Assembly (NCBI RefSeq): GCF_035594765.1 | Contig: NC_085841.1 | Location: forward strand, 263,034,525 to 263,098,524 | Origin: Anolis carolinensis | Taxonomy: Eukaryota | Direction of reading: 5' to 3' | DNA: 64,000 nt | Shown here: positions 23,478-35,681 of the stretch, in pieces | Numbering within the stretch: the stretch's first letter is position 1 | Layout: the number at the start of each line of letters is the position of its first letter | Made by a program: the position numbers and the translations under genes | Notes under the pieces: generated by a model | The model's database searches: none | Seen by the model: only the letters and a program-made list of their open reading frames with translations | Told to the model about the DNA's origin: nothing

Positions 23478-25119
23478 TCTGGCCTTAGGTTGTTTGGTGC
23501 TTAGTTGGCGGAGTCAAACTGTCAGAACCCTGGCTGCTGGGCACCAATAACCTTACACGGAGGCCAGTCTCTATCTAATATCTTTATTAAAGAAATATAT
23601 AAAAGCAATAAAAATAAGTGAAGAATATAGTTCAGAAACAGACCTTTCAAAAGAGGTCAAATATAGTCCAAAGATGTATTGTCCAATAAATGATATTAGA
23701 GTTCAAAGTTTTAATCCATTTGACCGAAACACACACTCTTGCCAAGCAATAGTGTGGGGAAATGTCAGAGTTTCAGAGTCCAATGAAGCTTGACAACAAG
23801 GCTGGAAATAAACTTGATTCTTGACTAGGTCCGTGACTGGAAACAAGGCAAAACGTGAAGCATGGAGCAGGGTCCGTGGTTAAACGGCAAGGCAAGGCAA
23901 GGCTTGAAGCTTGATCCGGGAAGCAAGGAACTGGGGTTACGAAGTCCACACACGATCTCTCTCCTGAAGGTGATCAATTGACTCCGCAAAGAATCTCTCG
24001 CGCCAAACACCTATATTGGGTCTCGTTTTCCCGCCAAGAAGTCTCTTTCCCTAGAGAACAAGAAGCAAAACCCAACTCTGTCCAGATGCAAGACTCCTTA
24101 GAATTTCCCAAGGGAAGCAGACCTAATCAGTTTGTTGTTTGGCAGCGATCCGCAAACTCCTCCGTTGGGCCTCTCTAACTCCCCTGTCTGTAGAATAAGA
24201 TTCCTTCCTGGGAAACGGAGGGGAGTTCTGCCCAATGCCTGGTTTACTTTCTTGAGGGCAAACATCAACATCCTGCAGGTGAAGAGACTCCAGCTCTTGT
24301 TGAACCGGCGAAAACCCCATGTTTTCGTCTTCATCTGCCACAATAGTACTAGGAACAGGACTACAAGGCCCATGAGGCATCACAGCCAGTGTTTATCTTA
24401 ATGCATATAAATCATTTTACTATTTTGTTGCCATTTGTAAGGTATCGCAGAGCAGTGAGGGATGGACCACAGCTCTGTTATGGGTCAATAGGTATGGGTA
24501 GAACAACTTTAGAAAGATACCACTTTTTCCAGATCATTCTCATTCTGTTTTACTTATACTCTGCTGATGTTATCTTGGATGTTTACACCTTATTCCTGAT
24601 CATGGATAAGTGTGCAAACCTGGCCTATACAACTATGGCCTGCCTCACTGAAGCTGGGGGGTAGGATATCCATTCTCTCTCAGTTATGACTACCTGGTTT
24701 CTCTATGCAGCATCAGGTGGGCCTAGAAGACAGAGAGCTGGATCTGCCATGGTTTATCATCATTTCTTCTCTCTGGCCTGTAGTTTGGTTGTCATAGTGG
24801 GGCTTAGACCTGTTAGGATGGGGCTTGGAGTCACTGTTGTGCAATGGCTCCCATTCTTCTTAAAGTGGAAACTTAAACGGTGATAATGGCATTTATTGAC
24901 ACTGGTACATGAACTATGAAGTCTTTCGTGGCTGGGTTTTGTCCTCTGTGATGTTTAACATTGGTATGAAAATGCTGGAAGACGTCATCCAAAGTTTTGA
25001 GATTTGATACTATTCATATACTGATGACACCCTAATCTATCTCTGCTTTCTATGCAAAGGAGCTACTTTAGTCCTAAAACCAGTGTGTGATGTCAGACTA
25101 GCTATGTGATGTCAGACTA

Positions 25120-25900
25120 GATAGGTCGCATCTCAAGTTATTGCAATCCCATGAATTTCAGAAGGAGCTTTGCTAGGTTCTTCCTATGGCCTACAGCAGT
25201 AGTTCTCAAAGTGTGCTCCACAGAGTTCTTGGGACTCTGTGAAGCATACTGAGGGGCTCCGTACTTTCCTCCACCTCCTTCCTTCTTCCCCTCCTCCTCC
25301 CCCTACAAGGGAAATCTCCTTTTTCCTGTTCCTCCCCCTCCCTCTGCCTCCCTTGACCATAAAACACTTTTTTCCCTTGGCCCCCATGCTGTGAAAAGCC
25401 TTTTCCCCCACCTCTCTTGCCTCCCTTGCCCTGAAAAGCCTTTTTTTCTCACTTCCCATGCCATCAAAAGCCTTTTTCCTCACCTTCCTCGATCCTTTTC
25501 CCCTCACCTTCGTCTTCCAAAATCTTATTTCCCTCCCACCACTCAGGGGGTGCTTTGATTGTGCTTTTCCTGCATAACAGAAGGGGGTTGGACTGGATGG
25601 CCCCTGGGGTCTTTCACTGAAATACTGTTAAGCTTATGTTGGTCCAAAAGTTTGCCCATGCCTGATATATGTAAACTATTTATAATATAATATATAAACA
25701 TTTTTGCGGCTCCACAAGAAACTTTTGCTTCAAAAAGGGCTCAACGGCGGAAAAAGGTTGAGAACCCCTGACCTACAGCATCTGGTATTCATTGGCCTCC
25801 AAGTACTAACCAGAGCTGAAAGTCATCGACAATGCATATAGAACTGACCCTGTTTAGCTTCCAAGATCAGGCAGAATCTAGTGGTTTTGGGGTATTTAAG
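25120..25900 (-). mobile_element. 5S-derived SINE interrupted by a hAT element
   Basis: 25771-25900 is 5S-like (cctacagcatctggtattc, ccaagtactaaccag, tttagcttccaagatcag). Confidence 0.7.
25197..25770. mobile_element. Non-autonomous hAT element with pyrimidine-rich internal repeats
   Basis: TIR cagtagttctcaa / ttgagaacccctg; 8-bp TSD gcctacag / acctacag. Confidence 0.82.
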
Positions 25901-25946
25901 TCCTGTGTACTAGATGAGGGTGAATAAATTGAAGCTTAATCCAGAT

Positions 25947-26198
25947 TTATTTATTTCGTGTCAAAAACATTGCATAATAAATAAGTTTAAAAGTGATAAA
26001 ATAAAGGAAATCACAAGCAGCTAAATAGTTTTAGACCAAAAGTGGGCAACAGCGACCACATTGTCCATGGCTTTGAACAACTCCTCCTCCGTGCCTGAGG
26101 CAGGGCATTGTGGGCAAGCATACATATGAGGAGTTGTTTGTTCTGCTCCACAGTCACACAAGGTGGAGGATTCCTCCAGGCAGTGCCACCTTGCCAAG
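25947..26198 (-). mobile_element. Vingi/Ingi-like LINE 3' end
   Basis: LCDCGAEQTTPHMYACPQCP...FWSKTI* followed by a short UTR and AT-rich tail; 11-bp TSD ttaatccagat. Confidence 0.75.
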
Positions 26199-27105
26199 TT
26201 AATCCAGATAAGACAGACATGTTCCTGATCAGCTCAGGCAGATCAAGGAATCCAAAAGCAACTTGTGTGAGATGGAGTTATACTCCCTATAAAGTCATGT
26301 GTAAACAGTTAGGGTGTCCACCTGGATTCAGCCCTGAGTTTGGATTTTCTTGGTGGTCAGGAATGTGTTTATATAGTTATGGCCAATGTGCCAGCTACAC
26401 TTGTTCTTAGATCTGTCTGAAATGAGGCGTCCCTGAGTTACACCTTGTTTGTATTAGTGTCTTGTGTTCTAGATGGGACTGCCTTTAAAATGTGTTCAGA
26501 AATTTCAGCAGCTCCTAAATGATACAGCTTCTAAAGCTGACTAGGACAGGAGACTGGGAATATATGACTCTTTGGATCTAAATTCAAATATTAATAGAGT
26601 AGAACCATTGAATAAGTGAAACTCATAATAGATGTTGACTTACCACATTCTCATTGATTTCATGGCTTTACTCTAACTTTGCTACCAGTCTGTTTCTGGG
26701 CACAATTCAAAGATTTATAAAATACGATAATTATGTTGGACCCAGGCTGCCTGAATGATTGCATTCTTCCATACAGGCTTCTCTGGAGTTTTGAGGAGAC
26801 TCTGTTAATGAGACTCTTCTCAACACTTTCAGAGATACAGAAGGCCTTTGGTGTCTGCTGGGACTTGGTTCCAGGAACCTGCACTTCTTTTTTGCCCCTA
26901 TCTCTGAGATATAGTGCTGTGAACTAATATTTTTCACAATCATATCATCTCATTCTCTTTAAGAGGGGTTTGTCTTCTCTGTAACATTAACACTAGACTC
27001 ATTAGTGTCATTAGTGGGGCTTTTATCGAACACATTCTCTTACAGTGGTGTCATATTTCAAGAAAGCTGAAATTCGTCATCACTAATTCTTTGGTACTAA
27101 CGCAT

Positions 27106-27310
27106 TTGCATGTAGAATTAAGGCAGTTTGACACAATTCTAACCTCCATGGCTCAATGATCAGGAATCATGGTAGTTGTAGATTTGCAGTGACTTCAACT
27201 TTCTTTGCTGGTGCCTCACCAGACTGCAACTGCTATTATTTCATGACATTGGGCCATGACAGTTCAAGTGGTATTAAGCTGCATTAATTCTACAGTGTAC
27301 ATGCATCCTT
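27106..27310. mobile_element. Old palindromic MITE
   Basis: gtagaattaaggcagtttgacac ... gtattaagctgcattaattctac inverted ends. Confidence 0.55.
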
Positions 27311-27509
27311 TAAAAGGCCTTGAGGAAATAGTTTGTTCCAGAGACCTCTCCATGTTGCATCACTGCCATGCCACTAGTTCCTCAAGCTTTTGGTCAGGGA
27401 ATAACTTTGAATGGTACTTCTGTGCTTCTGGTAGGGATGAGGGCCAGGCAAAATCACCCCGTGATGCTTTTCCAGACTGCTAGGCCAGTTTTGTTGTGAT
27501 ATCCATTGG

Positions 27510-27632
27510 GAATCATAGAGTTGGAAGAGACCTCGTGGGCCATCTAGTCCAACCCTCTGCCAAGAAGCAGGAAAATCACATTCAAAATGGCCATCCAGCC
27601 TCAGTTTAAAAGCTTCCAAAGAAGGAGCCTCT
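27510..27632 (-). mobile_element. CR1 LINE 3' end (other CR1 tails near 29195-29380, 30258-30350, 56735-56787)
   Basis: aatcatagagttggaagagacc..ccatctagtccaacc; APSLEAFKLRLD peptide. Confidence 0.75.
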
Positions 27633-28224
27633 TTGAGTTGAGTTGTGATATGCAATAGCTTGGAAATGTTGCTATTTTGGAAGTACAATTCCTAGAATTC
27701 CCTCAACAGCCCTGCCAGGTGGGGATTTGGGGAACTATAGTCCAAAAAGTAACATTTCCCAAGCTCTGCTGTGTCCATAGTTTTATAGTTAATTATATGC
27801 TAGAAAAGCTAGATGTTATTATAGCATCAACTGGGAAAACCAACGTTTGGCATGCCTATGTCCATTAAACTGAGGCTCTGATACAAACCAGAATGCTCCC
27901 TCTCACTTCTATCACAAAGCTACAATGTGACCTTAAGTAAACTCTTATTCAGCCTCTGAGCACCCATCTGCAATATGGGAATAATAATACCATCGTATTG
28001 TGCAAGGAAGCAACAAGTTGAGAGCTGGCATGGTTTAGTACTCACACGTCAAACACAAGGCCTGCAAATCAAATCCAGCCTGCACGTCATTTTATGTGAC
28101 TCACGAGGTTTTTCAATGCCAGAGCAACATAATTATATTTATACAGTCTTGCAATTACAACCAGCCCTTTGAAGACAACTATAAGGCTGATGTGGCTCTT
28201 GGTGAAAATGAGTTTGACACCTCT

Positions 28225-28402
28225 GGTGTACTGGTTTAAGGGTTGGATTATGACTCTGGAGACCAGGATTTGATTCCCACCTAAGCCATAGAAACATGCT
28301 GGGTGACCTTGAGCAAGTTATGTGCTCTAACCCCCAGAAAAACCCTGTGATGTGCCTTAAGATTGCAATAAGTCAGGAACAACTTGAAGGCACACAGCAA
28401 CA
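28225..28402 (+). mobile_element. tRNA-headed MIR/Sauria-like SINE (related copy at about 60632-60810)
   Basis: A/B-box-like head, core tgggtgaccttgagcaag, tail acttgaaggcacacagcaac. Confidence 0.6.
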
Positions 28403-30836
28403 GTAGGACTGCAAGTAGATAATGTGTGTGAGACACTTTAAATGTCTGCAATCACTATACAATCTCAATACCAATATTGTTATTCTTGCATGTGTTGGGT
28501 GTTGACACTTCTCACAGCTTTTCACTGCACACGAAGCAGGAAATGTTGGCTGTATTGAGGTTTGCCCTCTTTGCTTGTTTTATATCTTCAGCTAATAAAC
28601 ACAGGAATGCAAGCACTCTGCACTGATCCAGAGGTAAATATTAAGCACAGTGGAAAGGAATTTAACCATGAGACTCCTCCTAAAGCCTGCAGCCCACTGT
28701 CAATAAAGCAGTGCATTATAATCAGAGCAGTCATAAACCCAGGCCAAGCCAGGCCTCTGCAATCAGGGCTTCCTATTCCAGCCTTGTCAGCTCTTTTTAA
28801 GCAGAATCCCACTGCGTTAGTTTATTGCCAGGTGCAAGTTCTTAACAGGAGCACCACCAGGCAGAGGTATCTGGACTGACTTGAAAGAGTGCAAGAACTA
28901 TTCTAAGGATCATTTCATAAATTGCTTTTTCCGCAATTTGGCAAAATCCTGATGGTGGAATAAAGCAAGGACCCCATTATATAACAATGCAACGTCAGTG
29001 ATTTCTTTTGGCAACAGGACGCAAATATGGTAGCCATCACCACACATAGCAGCTGACATGAGAGGTGATTCAGAACATCAGAAGAACCATGCTGAAATGC
29101 CCCAAAGACTCTCTGCTACAGAATACAGATTTAGCATTGTGCTCTTAAAATCTTCCTCATTTTAATCTCTCTGAACTTTGCTGTGGAAAGCATTAGAATC
29201 AGAAAATTGAGGAGTTGGAAGGGACCACAAGGGCTATCCAGTCCATCCACCTGCCATGCATGAACACACAATCAAAGCACTCATGACAGATGGCCATTCA
29301 GCCTCTGTTTTAAAATCTCCAGAGAAGGAGACGCCGCACACTCCTCGAGGCAACATAGTCCACTGTCAAACAGTTCTGACCATTCTGACAATTTTACATA
29401 ATATTTTTCAACTGCAGTTCAAATTTCAAAGTGAAAATGTTACAGTCAAAATTTATGAAAAAATGAATGCCAATTTGAAATCTAGTTTCTGTGTTTATTC
29501 AGGCAGATTCCCTTGAAGTCTGCTCAGATTTTGGCAGGCAGAAAATCAACATGGCATATCATGCATAGGGATACTTTACCGTGTCAATTTGTTTGAACAG
29601 CCCAAAATGGGAATGAGGCAGCCCATTACTTGTACTTATTACTGAATTGCAGCCTGGTTACTACTTTTCTGAAAAGCTACTTTCTTGTGTGACTCATGGG
29701 TGGACTGGAGCCTGACTTTTTTCACAGTATGTGGGCAGGTTTGGAAGCAATCCTAATCTGTATTAGACTCCATTTTTGGCTTGCAGTGCAATAACTGGAA
29801 ATGAATGCACCCTAACAAGCCGGAGACATTTGCTCTACTTAGTTCTTCCATTCAAGTGCAGCCGCCAAAAGGTAGAATTTGAAAAGCTGTACAGAAGAAT
29901 TCTGCCCCTGACATTGAGAGTTTCACCATGACCCCACCTTTGAAGTGTGTGCCAGCAGAGAAGCCAACAGAACTAGTTAAAAAACAACAAAATCTCAAAT
30001 GAGTTGTAAGGAGAGGCAGAAAAATAGCAGCTATTTGGCAGGGCTGAAACGGATTCTTGCTCAAAAAAACAAGTTGAAGGTAAATATCTCTTGGCAGCTG
30101 GAATGCCTCAGATACATCTGATCTCATCTCTCTGGTGTTGTTAATAAGCTTTTGAAGATTAAATTTAACCTCCAAAATTGTACGGGGAAGATCTGTCTAG
30201 TTAAGGTAGCTGTCAGTGACTTGATAATTCTTTAAAAAATGTTTTTCTTTTAATATTCATAGAATCATTGCATCTTATAGGTGGAAAGGTCTACAAGGCC
30301 ATTTAGTCTAACCCTCTGTTATGCAGGAATACACTACTAAAGCACCTCCAAAGATGGGGTCTATCTATCTATCTGCACTTCTGGAGAGGAAGGAGAAACC
30401 ATATAGGATACTCATCCTGTTATGTGAACTGAGTCAGAATCTCACCCAGGTATATCCTTATGGCCACTTGATAACTGAAGGGTGGAGCTGCATCTGTGAA
30501 CCTCTCAGCTGGTCTTGTATACCTGGGGAGGAAGACAGAAAGAAAGAACAATTTCTGCCACATAGACAGAAGCATAACTATGCTGGCTGAGACTTGTCCT
30601 CGACCAAATATGAGGCAAAAACCCCCCCCCAAAAAACTAAACATAGAATGAATGTGTAGGTCAACAGAACAGCACAATGGCCAATGCACATTGTGTTGTT
30701 TCAAATGTTAGACCTGGTTCTGATTGTATTTGATCTGCTGATTCCAAAAATGGCACCAATTTCCCCCTATCAGTGCTAGGTTTTGAGATACAGAACCTAT
30801 GCCATATAGCAGTCTTCATTTGCTCACCCGTAAAGA

Positions 30837-31136
30837 CAGTGCGTTAAAGCGCTGAGCTGCTGAACTTGCGGACCAAAAAGTCCCAGGTTCAAATCCCGGG
30901 AGCAGAATGAGCGCCCGCTGTTAGCCCCAGCTCCTGCCAACATAGCAGTTCGAAAACATGCAAATGTGAGTAGGTCAATAGGTGGGAAGGTAACAGCGCT
31001 CCATGCAGTCATGCCAGCCACATGACCTTGGAGGTGTTTATGGACAACGCCGACTCTTCGGCTTAGAAATGGAGATGAGCACCAACCCCCAGAGTCGGTC
31101 ACGACTGGACTTAACGTCAGGGGAAACCTTTACCTT
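30837..31136 (+). mobile_element. Sauria SINE (slightly 5'-truncated)
   Basis: Body agcagttcgaaaacatgcaaatgtgagtag; tail ggggaaacctttaccttt; flanking taaaga duplication. Confidence 0.88.
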
Positions 31137-32805
31137 TAAAGAATCATGATAACCATATCCAAAAAACTGATGTGGTTTATCCAATGCAATTTTCTGAACT
31201 GTGCCCCACATAACCTCAGGAACAGGCCTAACAGCCAAGACAGCAAGAATTTGTTGATGTTGGGCTATGCAATCACTATCAATCCAGCTGAAACCCAAGT
31301 CCCACAGTTGGGAAGGCAACACTCTTTGGTTGTTTCTGCCCTTTGCATTTCTGTCTGTTAAGGTTTGCCCAGGGAACGAAATCCGTCCAGCTTGTTTATT
31401 TTCTAATTACAAAGCTATGGTCATAAGAAAAGCCTATTTTGTTAAATTTCTGCTATCCAAAGCTCAAGAGCCATACTAGAGAAATGAAATGACTTGAGAT
31501 GAGTTGTTGATTTTATGGGTAATTGTCATTGTAGCTTTAGATCGAGGGTTGGTAACTTGTGGAGTTCAACTTTATCAACCCAAAACATCAGCATATAAAT
31601 CAGGAGTGAACAAGTAAAGTTCTGGGCTACAACTCCCATCAGCCCTAGCCAGCATAGCCAAAATAAAGATTTGCTTTTTGGACATTTCCCCCATATATTT
31701 ACAAATGGTGGTTGGCTGAATCTGTGAATGCTGAGTCTGTGGATATGGAGGGCTTACTGTACTTGCTACAGCAGGTGAAAGGAGGTTGGAATAGATTGAG
31801 AGGTCTCCTCACATGAATACAGCACAGGAATTTGGAGAGCGCTTACAGAAGGGATATCATTGGACTGCCACTCCTTTCATCTCTAGTCAGTAGTGAGATG
31901 GTGGTGGTGATTGGAATAATAATAGAGCCAACTATTGCTCAGTTCTGGTTTGGAGCCACCTAACCTTCCTGAATTAGCATCACCTTCCACTCTTGCATTC
32001 TGACTGGAGATTATGGAGGTTGCAGTTCAACACATCTATGAAGCCTCAGGTTTGATCAGATTAAATCTAGGTACCTTAACTGGATATTATTTTATTTCCT
32101 TCACATTGGGGTTTGTTGGCTTATTCCACAAAGCCTGCAGATTAGGAGAGCCAAAGTTCCAATTGATTGTTTGGATAAGCCATCAGTATGCAGACACGTA
32201 GTGATCTAACATAAAGGCAATCATTGTTTTCTGGATTGCTGAAGATTTTCTCATATAGGAATCAAAACAGATGATGACTGATTAGGAACCAGGCAAGTTT
32301 TTAAAAGAACCTGATTGTCATCTGAAGATAGCATCTCACAGAAATAAGGCATCATTGTTCAAACGGTCCTGTTTGAAAGTAAGACATTAAATACTCTCAG
32401 AGGAAATGGAAAAGTTTTATTTTCCTATTTCCTTCTCTATTTTACAATTATGCACCTTGATTATAATAACCATATTAATCATATTTTTGTAACTGTGACA
32501 GTTTTCTTCAACTTGTATATTAATAAGAATAGAATGAATAGAAGGAAAACATTATAGAAAAATTTCCCAAGAAATGAGCCAGCATTAACTGGCTTCTAGC
32601 CTTATCTTTTTTTCTTTTCTTTTTTTTGTCTCTTGTTGTTGGTATAGAACCATGCATAGCTGATGATAAAATGAACGTTATCAGAAATGAAGTGTGTTTC
32701 TTGCAGGCAGACACACACACATAAAAAGCAATATTGGTTTTAATAAGTCTGTTGTTTTAATAGTGAGAGCCATTCAAATACGGAGTGAGATTGCCATTTT
32801 TCAAG

Positions 32806-33150
32806 TTATTTATTTATCGTATCAAAAGCGAACCGAGGGTACTAGTTGTAATGTATTTGAAAATACAAACTTGGCATTATACTAAATGTCCTTTGACCAG
32901 TAGCTGGCCACTTGGAGTGCCTGTGATGTTGCTATAAGAAGGTCCTCCATTGTGCATGTGGCAGAGCTCAGACTGCATTGTAGTAGATGGTCTTTGGTTT
33001 GTTTTTCTCTACACTCGCATGGCATGGACTCCACTTTGTGGCCCCATTTCTTAAGGTTGGCTCTGCATCTCATGGTGCCAGAGCGCAGTCTGCTCAGTGC
33101 CTTCCAAGTTGCCCAGTCTTCTGTGTGCCCAGGAAGAAGTCTCTCGTCCG
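32806..33150 (-). mobile_element. Vingi/Ingi-like LINE 3' end
   Basis: WKALSRLRSG..CRANLKKWG..CEC...HLLQC...YWSKDI* and (ATAA)n tail. Confidence 0.8.
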
Positions 33151-33998
33151 TATGATTGAGGTATGATTGATGATTTAGCCTGCCACTTTTGGACTCTCGC
33201 TTGCTGGGGTGTTCTGTGATTTTCTGTGACTGAGATTGTATATTGCCATACATTGTGTAAGAGTTCTAAATTCCACTGTGATTCCCCTATTACTACACCC
33301 AGGACTTACTGTGTCACTCCAATAGCCCCTTCCTCCCTCCTATTGCCATTTCATTGCTATTACACAGAAGGGACTCCCAGAGCATCTGACTATGGCCCAA
33401 ACAGAATCAAGAACATCTTCCATCTAATAGGATCCTCTGGAGGTCTCAGCAAATTAATGTCACATAGTCAACAGAGAGAGATTTCTATCAGAATACAGGT
33501 TAGCAGGACTCTCTTCTGAGTTTATGTTGGGCTGAAAAGACTGTGTTATTTTGACTGGCTTTTGTTCTTTAGTATTGAGATTGCTGTTCTGACTGTTTTA
33601 ATCATCTGTGTCTTAACATAAGTGACGTAGTCATTACCATTGCCATTGGAGGGCACAAATGTTAAGACATTAGCCTTTGATTCCAGTTTCCTGAGCTTAT
33701 TGTATTGGCATCAACATGAAATAATCTTATGACTTAACCTGAGAGACATTTGTTTCACTGAGTATATCAGGTAACTATAATCATATCATAGCAGACTATT
33801 GCCTTTAATTATATTGTTAAGGAAATCCTTGCTTCATGATCTTAGTAACAAAACAAAGCAACTGCATATGTCCCCCAAATGTATCCAGACTTTCTTTAAA
33901 TAAGTGAGCTCTGAGCAATAAACTGTGTTTAAAATGCTTCTTATTTCGGTTACATTAGAAATCTTATCCAATAGATAATGTCCACATTTATGTAAACA

Positions 33999-34483
33999 CT
34001 AGCTGTGCCCGGCCACGCGTTGCTGTGGCAAAGTGGTGGTGGTATTGGTTAAAAATTGTTGTGTAATTTTTATTTGACGTTATTTGTATTTTTTTATTAA
34101 TTTTATTGTAAGTTATCTTTTTATTTATTATATTTTATTATTTTCTTGTATTATTTTTAGTTATTTTAGTTATTTTCTGTTATTATAGTATTTTATTGTA
34201 TTAATTTTTTAGTGTTTTTAATTATTTTTAGTGTTTTTTTATTATTTTTATTGGGTTGCTAGGAGACCAAGTTGGAGGAGCTTAGCCTTCTAACTGGCAG
34301 CAATTGGATAAAAGCAATTATTCCTCTCTCTCTCTAATTAGGACTTTATTTTTCTTTTCTTTTTGTTGTATCAACCTAGAGCTGTGGATGATGGGTTGTG
34401 TTGTCAACTTTCGAGGTTGGGGGGCCTGTAGTTTTGTTGTTTTGTGGGTAGCCGTGATGCCATCACTCTTTTATATATATAGA
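33999..34483 (-). mobile_element. Non-autonomous Helitron
   Basis: Minus strand starts TC (tctatatatataaaag) and ends CTAG; subterminal hairpin gccacagcaacgcgtggc; inserted between A and T with no TSD. Confidence 0.88.
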
Positions 34484-35358
34484 TAACCTCAAATACATCA
34501 GTTACAATGAGAAAGGATTATTCTATCAAAGACAAATAAATGCACAATTCCCTAAGTGCAAGATATAATGTGTTGACTACTTGGAAAATGCAGTCAACAA
34601 AAATGCTTGGATGAAAGGGCTGTACAAATAGGCTTCAATCTTAACAGTCAGTAAATGGGCAGGAAGCCCCTACCACCAGCAGCACCATCTATTTACAGAT
34701 ATTTAAAATAACTTTGTGATTTGGCTGTCCTAAAGCTTTTGACATGCAAATAGAACATGAAACAAACAGGATGATGTTGCACCGTATTGCAATGAGAAAA
34801 GGCAGGGCTGTGTTCCCAGTGCTAGCTTTCATTTCACAGGGATGCCTTTCACAGCTATTGCAGGTTTGTGTCTAGGATTAGGACAAGGACCAAGAGGTCA
34901 GAGAAGGAATGTTAGTATTCTCACCGGTAAAATATTCACTGACAGGTGATAAATTGGCCTTGTCCCTTATTACTTGCTTCAGTAAGTTCGCTCCAGATCT
35001 CAGTGGATCTTCAGGTTTCACTCATGTGATGCAACACAAACAGGCAGAAGAACACTTGTTGTTGGTTTTTTTTTGTGCTCCCCCCCTTTCTCTCTCTGTC
35101 ACACACACACACACACACAGATGGCAAATGTACAGAACTTTGCAGCTTGGCTCCAGGCTGTCAGTAATAATGGTACCATATCTCATGCTAGGAACCTGAC
35201 TTTTGAGGTCTTTGCAGGAAGGTTTTCCCTTGTCCTTAGGTCCTGCCTCATCCCAAGTACATTTGGTGAGGACAAGTGAGAGACTTCTTGGTGGCTGCTC
35301 CCAACTTTGTGGCATTTCCTCCCACAGAAGGCTTAACCCCCATCTACATTGTCATATA

Positions 35359-35681
35359 CAGTAGAGTCTCACTTATCCAACACTCGCTTATCCAACATTC
35401 TGGATTATCCAATGCATTTTTGTAGTCAATGTTTTCAATACATCATGATATTTTGGTGCTAAATTCGTAAATACAGTAATGACTACATAGCATTACTGTG
35501 TATTGAACTACTTTTTCTGTCAAATTTGTTGTACAACATGATGTTTTGGTGCTTAATTTGTAAAATCATAACCTAATTTGATGTTTAATAGGCTTTTCCT
35601 TAATCTCTCCTTATTATCCAACATATTCACTTATCCAACATTCTGCCGGCCCGTTTACGTTGGATAAGCGAGACTCTACTG
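35359..35681. mobile_element. Tc1/mariner-type MITE, 323 bp (copy 2)
   Basis: Same TIRs and TA TSD as 2973-3295. Confidence 0.92.

Larger units (their letters stand above)
22230..24384 (-). mobile_element. Tf1/sushi-type Gypsy element: 5' LTR (23520-24384), gag, start of protease fused to an integrase fragment; no RT, RNase H or 3' LTR
   Basis: LTR with TG...CA ends; Gag with CCHC knuckle; AMIDSGA protease motif; [18 protein letters not shown] integrase; flanking duplication GCCAG (22225-22229 and 24385-24389). Confidence 0.93.
24860..26580 (+). mobile_element. Degenerate L2-type LINE RT fragment carrying nested insertions
   Basis: Remnants of YTDDT (near 25017) and MRVNKLKLNPDKT (split by the Vingi insertion); boundaries approximate. 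Confidence 0.65.

Noticed and set aside
25184-25507. 107-aa K/R/G-rich ORF
   Set aside because: A product of low-complexity repeats inside a hAT element.
30575-31205. Possible Chapaev-like DNA transposon hosting the Sauria SINE
   Set aside because: Resemblance from memory only; termini and TSD could not be fixed.
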